Source of the DNA: Octopus vulgaris
Lineage: Eukaryota
Assembly: GCA_951406725.2 (NCBI GenBank)
Contig: OX597825.1
Span: forward strand, 15,314,001-15,378,000
Reading direction: 5' to 3'
DNA length: 64,000 nt
A model generated the notes under the pieces. That model was not told where the DNA came from and searched no databases. It worked only from the letters and a program-made list of their open reading frames with translations. Each line of letters starts with the position of its first letter. Positions within the stretch are counted from its first letter, which is position 1. This document shows positions 39,676 to 52,300 of this stretch, piece by piece. Position numbers and translations under genes: made by a program.

Positions 39676-40685
39676 GCATACAGGGAGAGAGAGAGAGGGG
39701 GGGAGGAGGAGGAGGAGGAGAGGAAGAGAGAGATATGGTAATGAATATATATATAAATGAATTTTCATACGTATGGATGTGTATTATATAAATAAATGTT
39801 TGTGTGTGTGACACAGTGTTTGTATGCATATATGTTTGTATGTACGTGTGCGCACATGTCTGTGGTATGCATGAGACCGAAATACACCAACACACATTCC
39901 CTGTCGCCCACACACCTCGCATACATACGCAAAGGATAAATGAACTCTTGCATACAGCTATAAAACAAATCGTAAATTCTTTTATAACCAGTTGAAAAGA
40001 TTGTAAAATAATAACCTACCTATCAATCAATGTCTGTTTTATTTTCATTTTCTGTTTATATCTACAATACCGAATAAGAAAAACCAATAACAAATATATC
40101 TAAAAAAAAAGTACGTTAAAATTACCGAAAAAATTCGAGAAACATTGATTAAATTCGTAAAGTAAATACAATGCAAAACCAAATAAGAGATGATAGTAAA
40201 AAAAAAAAGGCATACAGAAAAAAGATAAACCTGAAGTTTATTGTTCCAGTTGTATTTGAAAATAGAGGAAAATGGAGATAATTGAATGATTTATATTCCT
40301 CTATTGAGCAACATTAATATTGCATGTCTGTCATCTGGCGGTGGTGACATATCAAGGATATTTCTGTTATAGCATGCAGGACTGATCCTAGATATAGAAT
40401 ATATTAGGATTTTATTGACATCATTACGGATATTTTCCCCCACGTAGTGAGTTCTAACACATGACCAGAATGTTATCAAATTTTACAGTAGAACCGCAAA
40501 AGATTAATTTTTAATTATCTCCATCATCCTGACTCGTGTGTGTACGTATATATATATATATATATATATATACTTTATTCAAAGCAGCAGAAAATTTTCT
40601 GCTGCTTTGAATAAAGCATATTACTCTACCACTGGTATTTGGGTACTCTTTTTTCCACCTTGTTTCACATTTATGTGTTTACTCC

Positions 40686-40730
<45 letters not shown>

Positions 40731-40799
40731 GGAAGGAGAGAGAGAGACAGAATGAGAGAGAGGGAGAAGGAGGATAAAAATATTGTAGGCGGAGGGGAC

Positions 40800-41020
40800 G
40801 TGTGTGTGAATGTGACTGTATTTGTCATCCCAAGGCCGTTTGACAAACGGTTTTGGTGTGTTTAATTCAACTTAACTTAACGGTTCGTCCAAAGAAGCGA
40901 TAGGATAAGCCCTAAGCTTTCAAAAAAGAAGTCCTGGGATCGATTTGTTCGACTGAAAAAATCCCTTCATTGTGGCATTCCAGCATGTCCGCAGTTAAAT
41001 TATCGAAACCAATAAACAAA
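40800..41020 (+). mobile_element. SINE family A, 3' half, diverged
   Basis: AAGTCCTGGGATCGATTTGTTCGACT and CCAGCATGTCCGCAG blocks. Confidence 0.7.
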
Positions 41021-41025
41021 TATAA

Positions 41026-41083
<58 letters not shown>

Positions 41084-41089
41084 TCTCTG

Positions 41090-41457
41090 TTCTCTTTTTC
41101 TTGTTTCAGTCATTTGACTATGGCCATGCTGGAGCAGCGCTTTTAGTCGAGTATTCTTTGTAAGCCTAGTACTTATTCTACCGGTCTCTTTTGCCGAAGT
41201 GCTAAGTTACGGGGATGTAAACACAGCAGCATCGGTTGTCAAGCGATGTTGGAGGACAAACACAGACACACAAACATATACTCACACATATATATACGAC
41301 GGGCTTCTTTCAGTTTCCGTCTACCAAATCCATTCACAAGGCTTTGGTCGGCCCAACTCTATAGTAGAAAATACTTGCCCAAGGTGCCACACATTGGACT
41401 GAACCCGGAACCATATGGTTGGTAAGCAAGATACTTACCAGACAGCCACTCCTAGGC
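41090..41457 (-). mobile_element. SINE family A, near full length
   Basis: Close reverse-complement match with a short internal deletion. Confidence 0.9.
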
Positions 41458-41543
<86 letters not shown>

Positions 41544-42209
41544 GTATATATTAGTATTACTTTAATGTGGTTGTCTCCTAAGTGGCGACATTATCGCCAT
41601 TTAACCCCAGGAAGGCATCTCCAGCTGTTTTATTCAGTGCGCTACTCGCACCTTATATTTATTGCATGTGGAAGATATCTGCTGCTACCCTAACATCGGA
41701 TTTGCATTTCCTCCGTTCGAGATCGATAAAATAAGTACCAGTTGAATACTAGGGAAGACGTAATCTACTTAAACCCATCTTGACCTTGTGCAAAATTTTA
41801 AGACCGATATTTTATGCCCAAAAATGTCAGCGAGCGACCAGAATCGTTAGTACACCTAACAAAACACATAGCGGCCTTTCGTTCGATTTCAAGTTCTGGG
41901 TACTAATTCCATCGACATACACCTAGATTTTCATCCCTTCGGGCTCCCTAAAATATATGCTAGATGAGAACTGGAATCAATGTAAAGAGATTTATTCATT
42001 TTCCCGAAATTACTAACTTTGAGCCAAGATTTGATACAAATGTTTTGTCTCGAAGAATATTCAGTTTTTTTTGCTTCAATGGCAAAATGTATAGCGAATA
42101 AACGTATAACAAATGTCTTGTCTATAAAAAGCAACGATGAATTCTCTAATTTAATGTTAAATTGCTCTTATTATAATCCGACAGAAAAACTAAACAGTAA
42201 CACGTAAAA

Positions 42210-42303
<94 letters not shown>

Positions 42304-42304
42304 G

Positions 42305-42373
<69 letters not shown>

Positions 42374-42771
42374 CATATATATACGTATGTAAATGTGTGT
42401 ACGTGTGTGGTGGGATGAACGACTATGTGCGTGTGTACAGTATAACAATTTCCCATCTATGTTGCGTAAGTAATAAATAACTATTGGACAAATTTCCGGA
42501 AACTGTCTCAGCAAGAATTTAGCAAAATATCGTCCATTTATGTAGGACGACTAGGAAATTTATTCTTATGACACGTTAATTAATTTCCACATTCAAACAT
42601 ACAACCGACTCCGTGGTATCTACGAAGTGTATAAAGAGATAGAACGTCTTATATTTAAACAAAGATACATATGTATATAGGTTAGTTTGTACGCAATGTG
42701 TAGTGTGTAGGTAGATAAATCTTTTCCATTAAGTGTGTCTGTATACGTATGTATGAATGTATGTATGTATG

Positions 42772-42806
<35 letters not shown>

Positions 42807-42810
<4 letters not shown>

Positions 42811-43274
42811 CAGTGTACATTTAAACACATTAAGAGGTTTCCCTCATAGGACTCCCAGACGCTAGAAGGAACAGCTAAAGTCTAAACCACAAAGTGGGGA
42901 TAAATTCTCGAAGAAAATGAAAATAAAAACATTTACCATCTATTTCCTGGATCATAGTTTCTGACTTATTTTAGCAAATGAAATAAAATAATTTGCTAGG
43001 CGAAGTCTTCGTCAACAGGTACGCCTAGATTAAGCATATAAAATCTTTATTACTCTGATGACCTGTTGGCGAAGACTTAGCCAAGAAAATTATTCTATTT
43101 TATTAGCTGAAATAAGTCAGAAACCATGGTCCAGGAAATAGATGGTAAGTGATTTTATTTTCATTCATTTCGAGAATTTATACCTAATTAGTGGTTTGGA
43201 ATTTAGCTCTTCCTTCTAGCATGAGGGATTCCTATGATGGAAACCGCTTAATGTGTTTAAATGTACACTATATT
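42807..43274. repeat. Fold-back palindrome, about 214-bp arms, 40-nt spacer, in TA-rich tract
   Basis: Arms 42807-43020 and 43061-43274 are inverted copies with many substitutions (CAGTGTACATTTAAACACATTAAG / CTTAATGTGTTTAAATGTACACTA). Confidence 0.9.
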
Positions 43275-45005
43275 TTATATATACGTATATATATATACAT
43301 ACATACATACGTATACAGAAACACTTAATGGAATATATATATATATATATATGTATATATATTTATATATATGTGTATGTATGTATGTATGTATGTATGT
43401 ATATATGTATATATGAGTGTGTGTATTATCAATATTGCTTAGTGTATGTGCTGTTAAAGATGCATTTATTACAATCGCTTGAAAACAGGATATATATATA
43501 TAAGACAATTTAAAAAGTCTCGTGGCAGGATCATTTTCTATCATCTATCACTGCATGACAACGGATGATCTTCAGCTAAACAACAAATTTAATTAAAAAT
43601 GCTGAGCGACATCAGAATTCTTCAGTAACCAATTCTACCTTTATCATTACTCCTACAACGCCTCGCTCACTTCATCTTCTTTTACCAACATATCTGCCAA
43701 CTCTGTACTTGGACAACCTTCAGCAAACCAATAACTTTGGTTCGCAACAGTCTAATATTCATTTGTGTTTGCAACTCAATTAAATTTAACTGTTAATACG
43801 TTTGATATAATTTAGAAATCAAGGCATCTTTTATTTCTATCTGTTTGTGTTTTGTTTTTTGTTTTTTGTTTTTACAGTATGTATCTATATTTAGAGACAT
43901 AATTTCACTGCTTTAATTACATAATCAATTTATATTTTCGACAATTATATAATTATCTAAATGAAATTCATCAATGTACGTTTTACACTCTAAAAAGTAC
44001 ACTGGTAAATTACAATAAAAATCTGAATTTTGTGTGGTTTAATATTGTTCAGTGACCCTATTTGTTATTGTTATCGATTGAGAGAACAGCACATACCATA
44101 AAAGTGACGCTGGGGTACGAATATTCGAAGCCTATTATACCCATCATATCTACCCGTCTGGTAAGGGTACACAAGGCCATATATGCGCATCATAGTGATT
44201 TTATACGATATTGCAGATAAGGACTTGCTAGAATTTTCTTTAGATCGAGTAGCCCATTCTGTTCAAAAGTCGCTGAATAAAGGATGTTTAAAGATGGTAA
44301 AAGAAACATCCGTCTCCAGCAGTGAATTTTTCAAACCACAAAGTATCTTTCTAAGCACATGTATATTATGAACTGAACATATAGCAAGCTTCTTAATCAC
44401 AGCAAGCTTCTTAATAAGAGAACCGAACTCATTTTCCTCCTCATCTAGACATAGACCCACGCGCTGGGTACTACCAATAACCAACACTGAGGTTGCACTT
44501 GAATACCATAGCAATTTCAGCATTATTCGTACTCACCATATAACCACTTTCTTATTGTGTAGCATCAACAATTTCTATCTCTGTCCCTCTCTTCTGTCTT
44601 TCTCTCTTTATCTGTGCCGTGTATTCGGTATACTCTTATCTATATTTACATACACATGTGTGTCTGGTTGAATGTGTGTGAGTTGTGTGCGCATATATCT
44701 ATGTGTGTGAGTGAGAGAGGGGTGTGCCTATGTGTGTGTGGTTTGAATAAAATATTATATGATGTTGTATGCAATATATTAAATAAGCATACTTGTTCAT
44801 TTCGCAATGAACAAGTTGTAAAAATGTCGCAGAATCTGCAGTAGATAAACGACGAAGGTGAGTCTGACATTAATTCATCTTCTTGAGATTTATGAAGGGA
44901 CCTTAACTCAGCACCAGTCTGCAGATGTTGCGAAAAGTAAATCATATCCGTGTATTAGTTTATGATTATCTTTATCTGTGAGTCTCTCGTTCTCCCAACC
45001 ACACA

Positions 45006-45054
<49 letters not shown>

Positions 45055-45213
45055 TCTCTCTCTGCATGTATATATATATATCTACATGAAAATAAACAAA
45101 AGACGAAGGCAGGTGGACTACAAACAAACAATATATATATACATAATATATATATGCAGATATATATATATACATATATATATACATATATATATACATA
45201 TACATATATACCT

Positions 45214-45275
<62 letters not shown>

Positions 45276-45450
45276 GTTTAAATATTTGTTGTGCAAGATT
45301 TTTGATGTAAAGTCGTGTATTGAAACAGATATTGTTGTATTTAGGAATGGTCATTTTGCCAGTTTAGCCAATAAAAACACACGCACTATATATTTGGTGT
45401 TACTTTGCTTCAGTGTTATTTATATTTTACATTAATCGTAATCTTATTTC

Positions 45451-45495
45451 GGCCAGAGTTCTTTCGTCACACTCCTGTGACCGCATCAGTGGTCC
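45451..45495 (-). ncRNA. Hammerhead motif, mirror copy in the left palindrome arm
   Basis: Exact reverse complement of 45577-45621. Confidence 0.6.
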
Positions 45496-45576
45496 TTTGT
45501 TTTCTTCTTACTTATTTGTGTCTCTCCTTTCTAACGGTTAGTAAGGAGAGACACAAATAAGTAAGAAGAAAACAAA

Positions 45577-45621
45577 GGACCACTGATGCGGTCACAGGAG
45601 TGTGACGAAAGAACTCTGGCC
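45577..45621 (+). ncRNA. Minimal type-I hammerhead ribozyme motif, C3-G8 core with C at position 9
   Basis: GGACCA-CUGAUGC-G-GUCAC-aggagu-GUGAC-GAAA-GAAC-UC-UGGCC: 5-bp stem II, stem I with one bulge, CUC triplet (cleavage after 45616). Confidence 0.6.
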
Positions 45622-46009
45622 GAAATAAGATTACGATTAATGTAAAAAATAAATAACACTAAAGCAAAGTAACACCAAATATATAGTGCGTGTGTTTTTA
45701 TTGGCTAAACTGGTAAAATGACCATTCCTAAATACAACGATATATATATATATATATATATATGCTTTCGGTGAGAGTGGTTTTTGATACGGCGCCGTGA
45801 TTTACAATCCTGTAAATAATAACAATGGTATTTTTATATTAGGTTAAGCCTTATAGCGATCACCGTGCAATGATCAAGAAAAATAGTCCAATAACGGGGA
45901 ATATAAGCCCTCGACAGAAAAAAACAGGACTTTCCTAACCACGCGGACAGGAAAGCTTTCTATTCTCTGTCGAGGGTTTATATGCCCCTTTATTAGAGCA
46001 TTTCCCTTA

Positions 46010-46054
<45 letters not shown>

Positions 46055-46209
46055 TAAAAAATGGAGTTGAAGGAAAATGTTATTAAAATTCTTTTACTTT
46101 CGCTTCATCCGTGTTACTTGCGCGAACTTTGCTACCCTGGTAACTGTTTATTGAATTTTCCATGTTAACGGTAAACAAAGGATAATTCATTCATCCATTT
46201 AAATATATT

Positions 46210-46281
<72 letters not shown>

Positions 46282-46304
46282 TGTGTGTGTTTGTACCCAC
46301 AACA

Positions 46305-46450
46305 ACATCTCTTTTGCTTCTCTTCAAAGTAACCACCGTACACTTCGAGATACCGAATTCCATCCCAATGTCCTTGCTGTACAGTTGCACAGTCTCAACC
46401 ACCCTCTCCATTTCAGGCTTTGTTTTTGCGAATAGTTTTAAATCATTTTT
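46305..46450 (-). pseudogene. Non-LTR reverse transcriptase fragment (R4/Dong-like)
   Basis: Translates NDLKLFAKTKPEMERVVETVQLYSKDIGMEFGISKCTVVTLKR, matching the DDLKL-A...DIGM-FG--KC segment of RT domains 5-6. Confidence 0.7.
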
Positions 46451-46514
46451 TCTTACCTCATAATGAACGTTGACCTTGAACGTAAGACTAGAGAAAGTGC
46501 GATGAAGGTAGGCA

Positions 46515-46720
46515 ACGGTCTGGCAGAATCGTTAGAACGCCGGGCAAAATGCTTAGAGGCATTATGTGTGCCTTCACGTTCTCAGTTCAGATGCAGCCGG
46601 GATCGACATTCCAATTCATCCTTCCGGGGGGGGGATAAAATAAATACCAGCTGAATACTGGGGTCGATGTAATTTGTTATCCTGCTCCTCCAAATGTCAG
46701 GACTTGTGCCTATATTAGAA
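46515..46720 (+). mobile_element. SINE family B, monomer, diverged
   Basis: CTGGCAGAATCGTTAG..CGCCGGGCAAAATGCTTAG head and CTGGGGTCGATGTAAT block. Confidence 0.75.
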
Positions 46721-47126
46721 AGGATCATTATTCTCATCATCGTAATCGTCGTCGTCGTCATGAACATCATCACCATCATCATCATCGTCATCAACATCAT
46801 CATCATAAAAATTGCTATCTATTTTCAGTGAAAGTTAGTCTCAAAATGTATTGATAGGTTGCTTAGTGCAACTGACTAAAAGAGAGGAAAGCTACCAAGA
46901 CAATAAAATAAAAACTGAGACATCCTGTTGAAACTCGTCGACGTTGAAATATGTTTTTCTCAGAGAGGATGGGTGAAACAGTTTAATGTATAATGTGTAA
47001 ATTCTGATGAAAAGAACAAACATGTTATGTAGCAAACTTCCTTCGAAAGAATTATTTTAATGTTATTTAGCGTCATAAGTATACATATATAAATACATAC
47101 ATAGACATACATACATATATACATAG

Positions 47127-47234
<108 letters not shown>

Positions 47235-47397
47235 AGTGTGTGTGTGTGAGAGAGAGAGTGGAAATGCACAAAATACATACATGCATATATATAGGCATGT
47301 ATGTATGTATTTGTGTGCATGTCTTGTGTGCATGTCTTGTGAAATATATATGCATATATATCCACTAGCTTATGCATACAAATACATATGTGTATTG

Positions 47398-47465
<68 letters not shown>

Positions 47466-47625
47466 TATATTTCGTTTTGGTATTTGGTTTGCAAGATTCT
47501 TTATATGAGTTCGGGTGTTGAGAGAGTTCTTGAGAGAGTTCTGGAGAGAGTCATTTTCCTTTTTGTGCCTTATAATGTAACACACTCACCGGTAAAATTT
47601 CCACTTATTTCTTATTTTTATTTTC

Positions 47626-47661
47626 CTAAAATTTTCGTTGCGTCTTGCAACTTTTCAATAG
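47626..47661 (-). ncRNA. Minimal hammerhead motif, U3-A8 core, left arm
   Basis: Minus strand CUA-UUGAAAA-GUUGC-aagac-GCAAC-GAAA-AU-UU-UAG; palindromic stem III AAUU, short stem I. Confidence 0.62.
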
Positions 47662-47693
47662 TCTTGACTATTGAAAAGCTTGACGAGTCAAGA

Positions 47694-47730
47694 TTATTGA
47701 AAAGGTTGCAAGACGCAACGAAAATTTTAG
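47694..47730 (+). ncRNA. Minimal hammerhead motif, U3-A8 core, right arm
   Basis: UUA-UUGAAAA-G-GUUGC-aagac-GCAAC-GAAA-AU-UU-UAG. Confidence 0.62.
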
Positions 47731-47821
47731 GCAAATAAAAATAAGAAATAAGTGGAAATCTTACCGGTGAGTGTGTTACGTTATAAGGCACGAAAAGAAA
47801 ATGACTCTCCCCAGACACAAC

Positions 47822-47907
<86 letters not shown>

Positions 47908-48290
47908 TTTTATATAAGTTTAAAGCTTTGTATCGTAAGCAAATAAACAAACATTGTCCTTCGAGATGTTTCAAGTGCCAATTCTTATAACATGTTGCGG
48001 AAAGGGGTATATCAACAAACAAACCAACCAGCCAGCATAGCCACAAACCAAAGCACTCCAATCAAGTCCATAACTGCTTTATTATTCCCATTTGAGACAC
48101 ATCTAGTTTCTAGTACTCCCTCTCTTTCTATCTCTCTCACCTTCTATTTCTTATTTCTTTTCCCCTCTTTCTTACTCTCTCTCTCTCTCTGTCATATTTA
48201 CTTTTATTACTGGATATTATTTCACTACTTTTTGATAATTTCAGCCTGTCATTGCCTGTCTATCCTATCTCTCTCCCTCGTTCAATGTCA

Positions 48291-48328
<38 letters not shown>

Positions 48329-48331
<3 letters not shown>

Positions 48332-48725
48332 CGCAGGAGTGGCTGTGTGGTAAGTAGCTTGCTAACCAACCACATGATTCCGGGTTCAGTCCCACTGCGA
48401 AGCATCTTGGGCAAGTGTCTTCTGCTATAGCCCCGGGCCGACCAATGCCTTGTGAGTGGATTTGGTAGACGGAAACTGAAAGAAGCCTGTCGTCTATATG
48501 TATATATATATGTATGTGTGTGTGTGTTTGTGTGTCCCCCTAGCATTGCTTGACAACCGATGCTGGTGTATTTACGTCTCCGTCACTTAGCGGTTCGGCA
48601 AAAAGGCCGATAGAATAAGTACTAGGCTTACAAAGAATAAGTCCCGGGGTCGATTTTCTCGACTAAAGGCGGTGCTCCAGCATGGCCGCAGTCAAATGAC
48701 TGAAACAAGTAAAAGAGTAAAAGAG
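48329..48725 (+). mobile_element. SINE family A, full length, young
   Basis: AGGCGCAGGAGTGGCTGTGTGGTAAG (A box), GGTTCAGTCCC (B-box-like), (GTAAAAGA)n tail. Confidence 0.93.
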
Positions 48726-48771
<46 letters not shown>

Positions 48772-49064
48772 ATAAATATATACATATATATGTATAGGAT
48801 ATATATATACACACACATACGTACATAAATCCATCCATACATACAAATACACAAATATCTTTATAAGTATCGTTATTTCACTATTCATTCGTAGTTTATT
48901 TTCCATCTCTGTTTTCAATTTCTTCTTTATATCACTTCCCCGTCTCCCCAGCTACAATTTACATTTTCCCTGTTTCCTCATTAACATTTTTGAAATTTGC
49001 TATTTTTTTCATAATAGTGTCTCTGCGTTTCTTTCTTTAAATCTCGGTTGTCTTTAACATATAT

Positions 49065-49158
<94 letters not shown>

Positions 49159-49179
49159 GTACATATGTATACACACACA

Positions 49180-49220
<41 letters not shown>

Positions 49221-49305
49221 CGTATATATATATATGTTTGTATATATATGCATATATATGTATACATGTATAGAGATAGATAGATAAATAGATACAGATA
49301 TATAC

Positions 49306-49680
49306 GTGCAGAAGTGCTGCGTGGTAAGTAGCTTGCTTTCCAACCACATTGTTCCGGGTTCGATTCCATTGCGTGACACCTTGGGCAAGTATCTTCTACT
49401 ATAGCCTTGTGAATGGATTTGGTAAACGGAAACTGAAAGAAGCTCGTCGGATATATATATATATATATATAGATGCATTTGTGTATATGTTTGTGTGTGC
49501 GTGTTTGTCTCTCTTAATAACCGATCTTGGTGTGTTTACGTCCCTGTAACAGCGATTCAGCGAAAGAGACTGATACAATGATACAAAGGCTTACAAGAAT
49601 AACTCCTGGGTCCGATTTGCTCCGGCTAAAGGCGATGCTCCAGTATGGCCGCATCAAACGACTGAAACAAATAAAAGAAA
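49306..49680 (+). mobile_element. SINE family A, diverged
   Basis: GGGTTCGATTCC B box, CCTTGGGCAAGT, family A tail. Confidence 0.85.
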
Positions 49681-49702
49681 ACAATATACATACATACATA
49701 CA

Positions 49703-49787
<85 letters not shown>

Positions 49788-49809
49788 TACGAACGAATTG
49801 ATATATATA

Positions 49810-49902
<93 letters not shown>

Positions 49903-50967
49903 ATTTGTATTCGTTCGTAATCCTGCTTCCATTTTTTTTTTTTTGCTGCAAATATTTCTGCATTTATTTTCTTAACCTTCTTTCCATGTAATCCATTTAA
50001 TTTTCCTTATGTCTTTCTAGAGTTTCTCCCCTTTCCTTCACCCTTTTTATCACAAAATACTCAACTCTTCTATCTTCTAATTCCTCTCTCCTTCTCTCAC
50101 TCCTCCTCCTTCTCTTCCTTACTCTTCCTATGGACTTTTCCCGAGAATAATCTCCTCTTTCATCTCTATCTCTTCTTTTCCTCTCCCTCTCTCTCTCTTC
50201 TCATATTCTATCGCCCGTTCTTCTGCTCCCCGATTGCCGTATCCATTCTGTCCTTCTCTCTGTGCTATATTTCTCCCTTATATTCTTTAATTTTTACCCC
50301 TATTTATTTATCCCTTCATTCTTCAATTCACTTTTCCCCCCAATATCTTCTTCTTTTATTGACGACATATTGGTTTCGTTAAAATTATTGGCAAATTTCC
50401 AATATTAAGATATTTTAATTGCATTCCGCGTGGTTTGAAAGTTTCAATATTTAAACAGAAACAACATTCGCGTCCCCACCATTGCGTTGCTTTATTACGT
50501 ATGTATACGTCAATCTGTGTATCTGTGCGCATGTCTGTTTTAGTTGTTTGTATGTACGTATTATTTTTCATGTATTTTTCAATGCTTATGTTTCTGCCCG
50601 ACTTTCTTCTGTCTGTTTAGTGAGCGCATTTCTGTATACATATGTGATTGTTGTCAGATTTGTGTCGCAATGTCTTTGAATATAGCGGGTGTATGTGTTT
50701 CTGTGATTCTATAAGAGTGTATGTAGCAGATTCTGTGTGCCTTGAGGGTATGTGAATAGTGGATGGCGTATGTTATGTTTTGGTATCCATGTTCGCTTGT
50801 GTGTGTATTTGTTTGCATTTGAAGATTTTTCAATTTTTATGTTTGATTATGTATGTTTATAGGGCATTATAGAGAAGTATGAGTACGTTTACAGGTATGT
50901 GGTTTGTTCATAGTCCTATTTTGGATGTTGACAGACATATTGTATGTATGTATGTGTGTATATTTAT

Positions 50968-51003
50968 ATCTATCTATCTATCCATCTATCTATCTATCTA
51001 TCC

Positions 51004-51092
<89 letters not shown>
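50968..51092. repeat. (TCTA)n microsatellite
   Basis: Direct inspection. Confidence 0.95.
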
Positions 51093-51093
<1 letters not shown>

Positions 51094-51120
51094 ATACATA
51101 TATATATATACGTATTTCCG

Positions 51121-51174
<54 letters not shown>

Positions 51175-51215
51175 GTATGTATGTATGTATATATATCAGT
51201 ACATGTAGAATATGT

Positions 51216-51481
51216 GAAGGCGCATGGCTCAGTGGTTAGAGGGTCGAACTTACGATCGTGAGGTTGTGAGTTCGAATCCCGGATCGGGCTGCGTGTTGTG
51301 TTCTTGAGGAAGACACTTTATTTCACGTTGCTCCAGTTGACTCAGCAGCAGAAATGAGTTGCGACGTCACAGGTGCCAAGATATATCGGCCCCTTTTGCC
51401 TTTCCCTTGGATAACACTGGTGGTGTGGAGAGGGGATGCCACTATGCATGGGCGACTGATGGTCTTCCATAAACAACCTTG
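51216..51481 (+). mobile_element. SINE family D (tRNA-derived head with intact A and B boxes)
   Basis: TGGCTCAGTGG (A box), GAGTTCGAATCCC (B box), then CACTTTATTTCACGTTGCTCCAGT shared with 8201 and 32410; 3' part differs from those copies. Confidence 0.8.
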
Positions 51482-51849
51482 AGATCAGAAGCTGATTATT
51501 TTTCTCTTCAATCTCTTCCGCCATATTGAAATAAGATGTTTGTTGAACTTTCCCTGCATTATTAATATTAGGAGATAGTTGTTGATATTTCTTATGTATT
51601 ATTAAGATTAAGGAGTGGTTGTTCTTGTCTCTCCTACATTGTAGAAATCAGGAGCTGATTGTCATACTTTCCAATGCACCATCGAAATTAGAAGTGGTGT
51701 TTTTTACCTCAGGAAATCAGTTGTAAAAGAAATAGAATGTTATACACTTATGATAAGGTTCTTGTAAGATAGTTTAATTCATACGCTGTGTTGTTAGGTA
51801 GGAGCTGGTTTCTATCTAAAGTTCATGATTATATTACCAGACACGTCTT

Positions 51850-52007
51850 AAGAAACTTGCTTTGCACCCACGAGTTTCCTGGTTCATCGTGGCCACTTGG
51901 TCAAGTGCGTCCTAGAATAGATCCATCCGTATCAAAGCCTTGTGGTTGAATTTCTCATACGGAATCCTATATATGTCTCTCTACCTATCTTTCTATCTAT
52001 CTTTTTA

Positions 52008-52066
<59 letters not shown>

Positions 52067-52300
52067 ATGTGTGTGTAAATGGAGTTCTGTACCGTTTTGT
52101 CTGTTTTCCCACCCACCACCATTTGACAATTGGTGTTAGTGTGTTGGCATCCACGTGACTTACCGACTCTGCAAAACAGCCCGATATAATAAGTACCAGG
52201 CTTAATATATGAGTAATGGGATCGATTTATTCACCTAAACCCTCTAAGGGGAAGCCCTACATGACCGCAGTATAATGATCGAAACAAATTAAAGGAATGA
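51850..52300 (+). mobile_element. SINE family A, highly diverged
   Basis: Remnant blocks AAAGCCTTGTG, TTGACAA, AATAAGTACCAGGCTT, ATGACCGCAGT in consensus order. Confidence 0.6.

Larger units (their letters stand above)
45329..45743. repeat. Near-perfect fold-back palindrome, about 207-bp arms, centred at 45536, between two (TA)n tracts
   Basis: Arms reverse-complement with about 5 mismatches counted by eye; centre CTAAC-G-GTTAG. Confidence 0.95.
47540..47815. repeat. Fold-back palindrome, about 130-bp arms, between two (TA)n tracts
   Basis: Arms 47540-47669 and 47686-47815 are inverted with few mismatches. Confidence 0.93.

Noticed and set aside
44080-44420. Possible decayed interspersed repeat with short duplication AGCAAGCTTCTTAAT
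   Set aside because: Only one copy in the window and no diagnostic termini or coding motifs, so it cannot be supported from this sequence.
51216-51290. tRNA gene
   Set aside because: A and B boxes are present but there is no convincing acceptor stem and the sequence runs into a SINE body. The same applies to 23365-23439.
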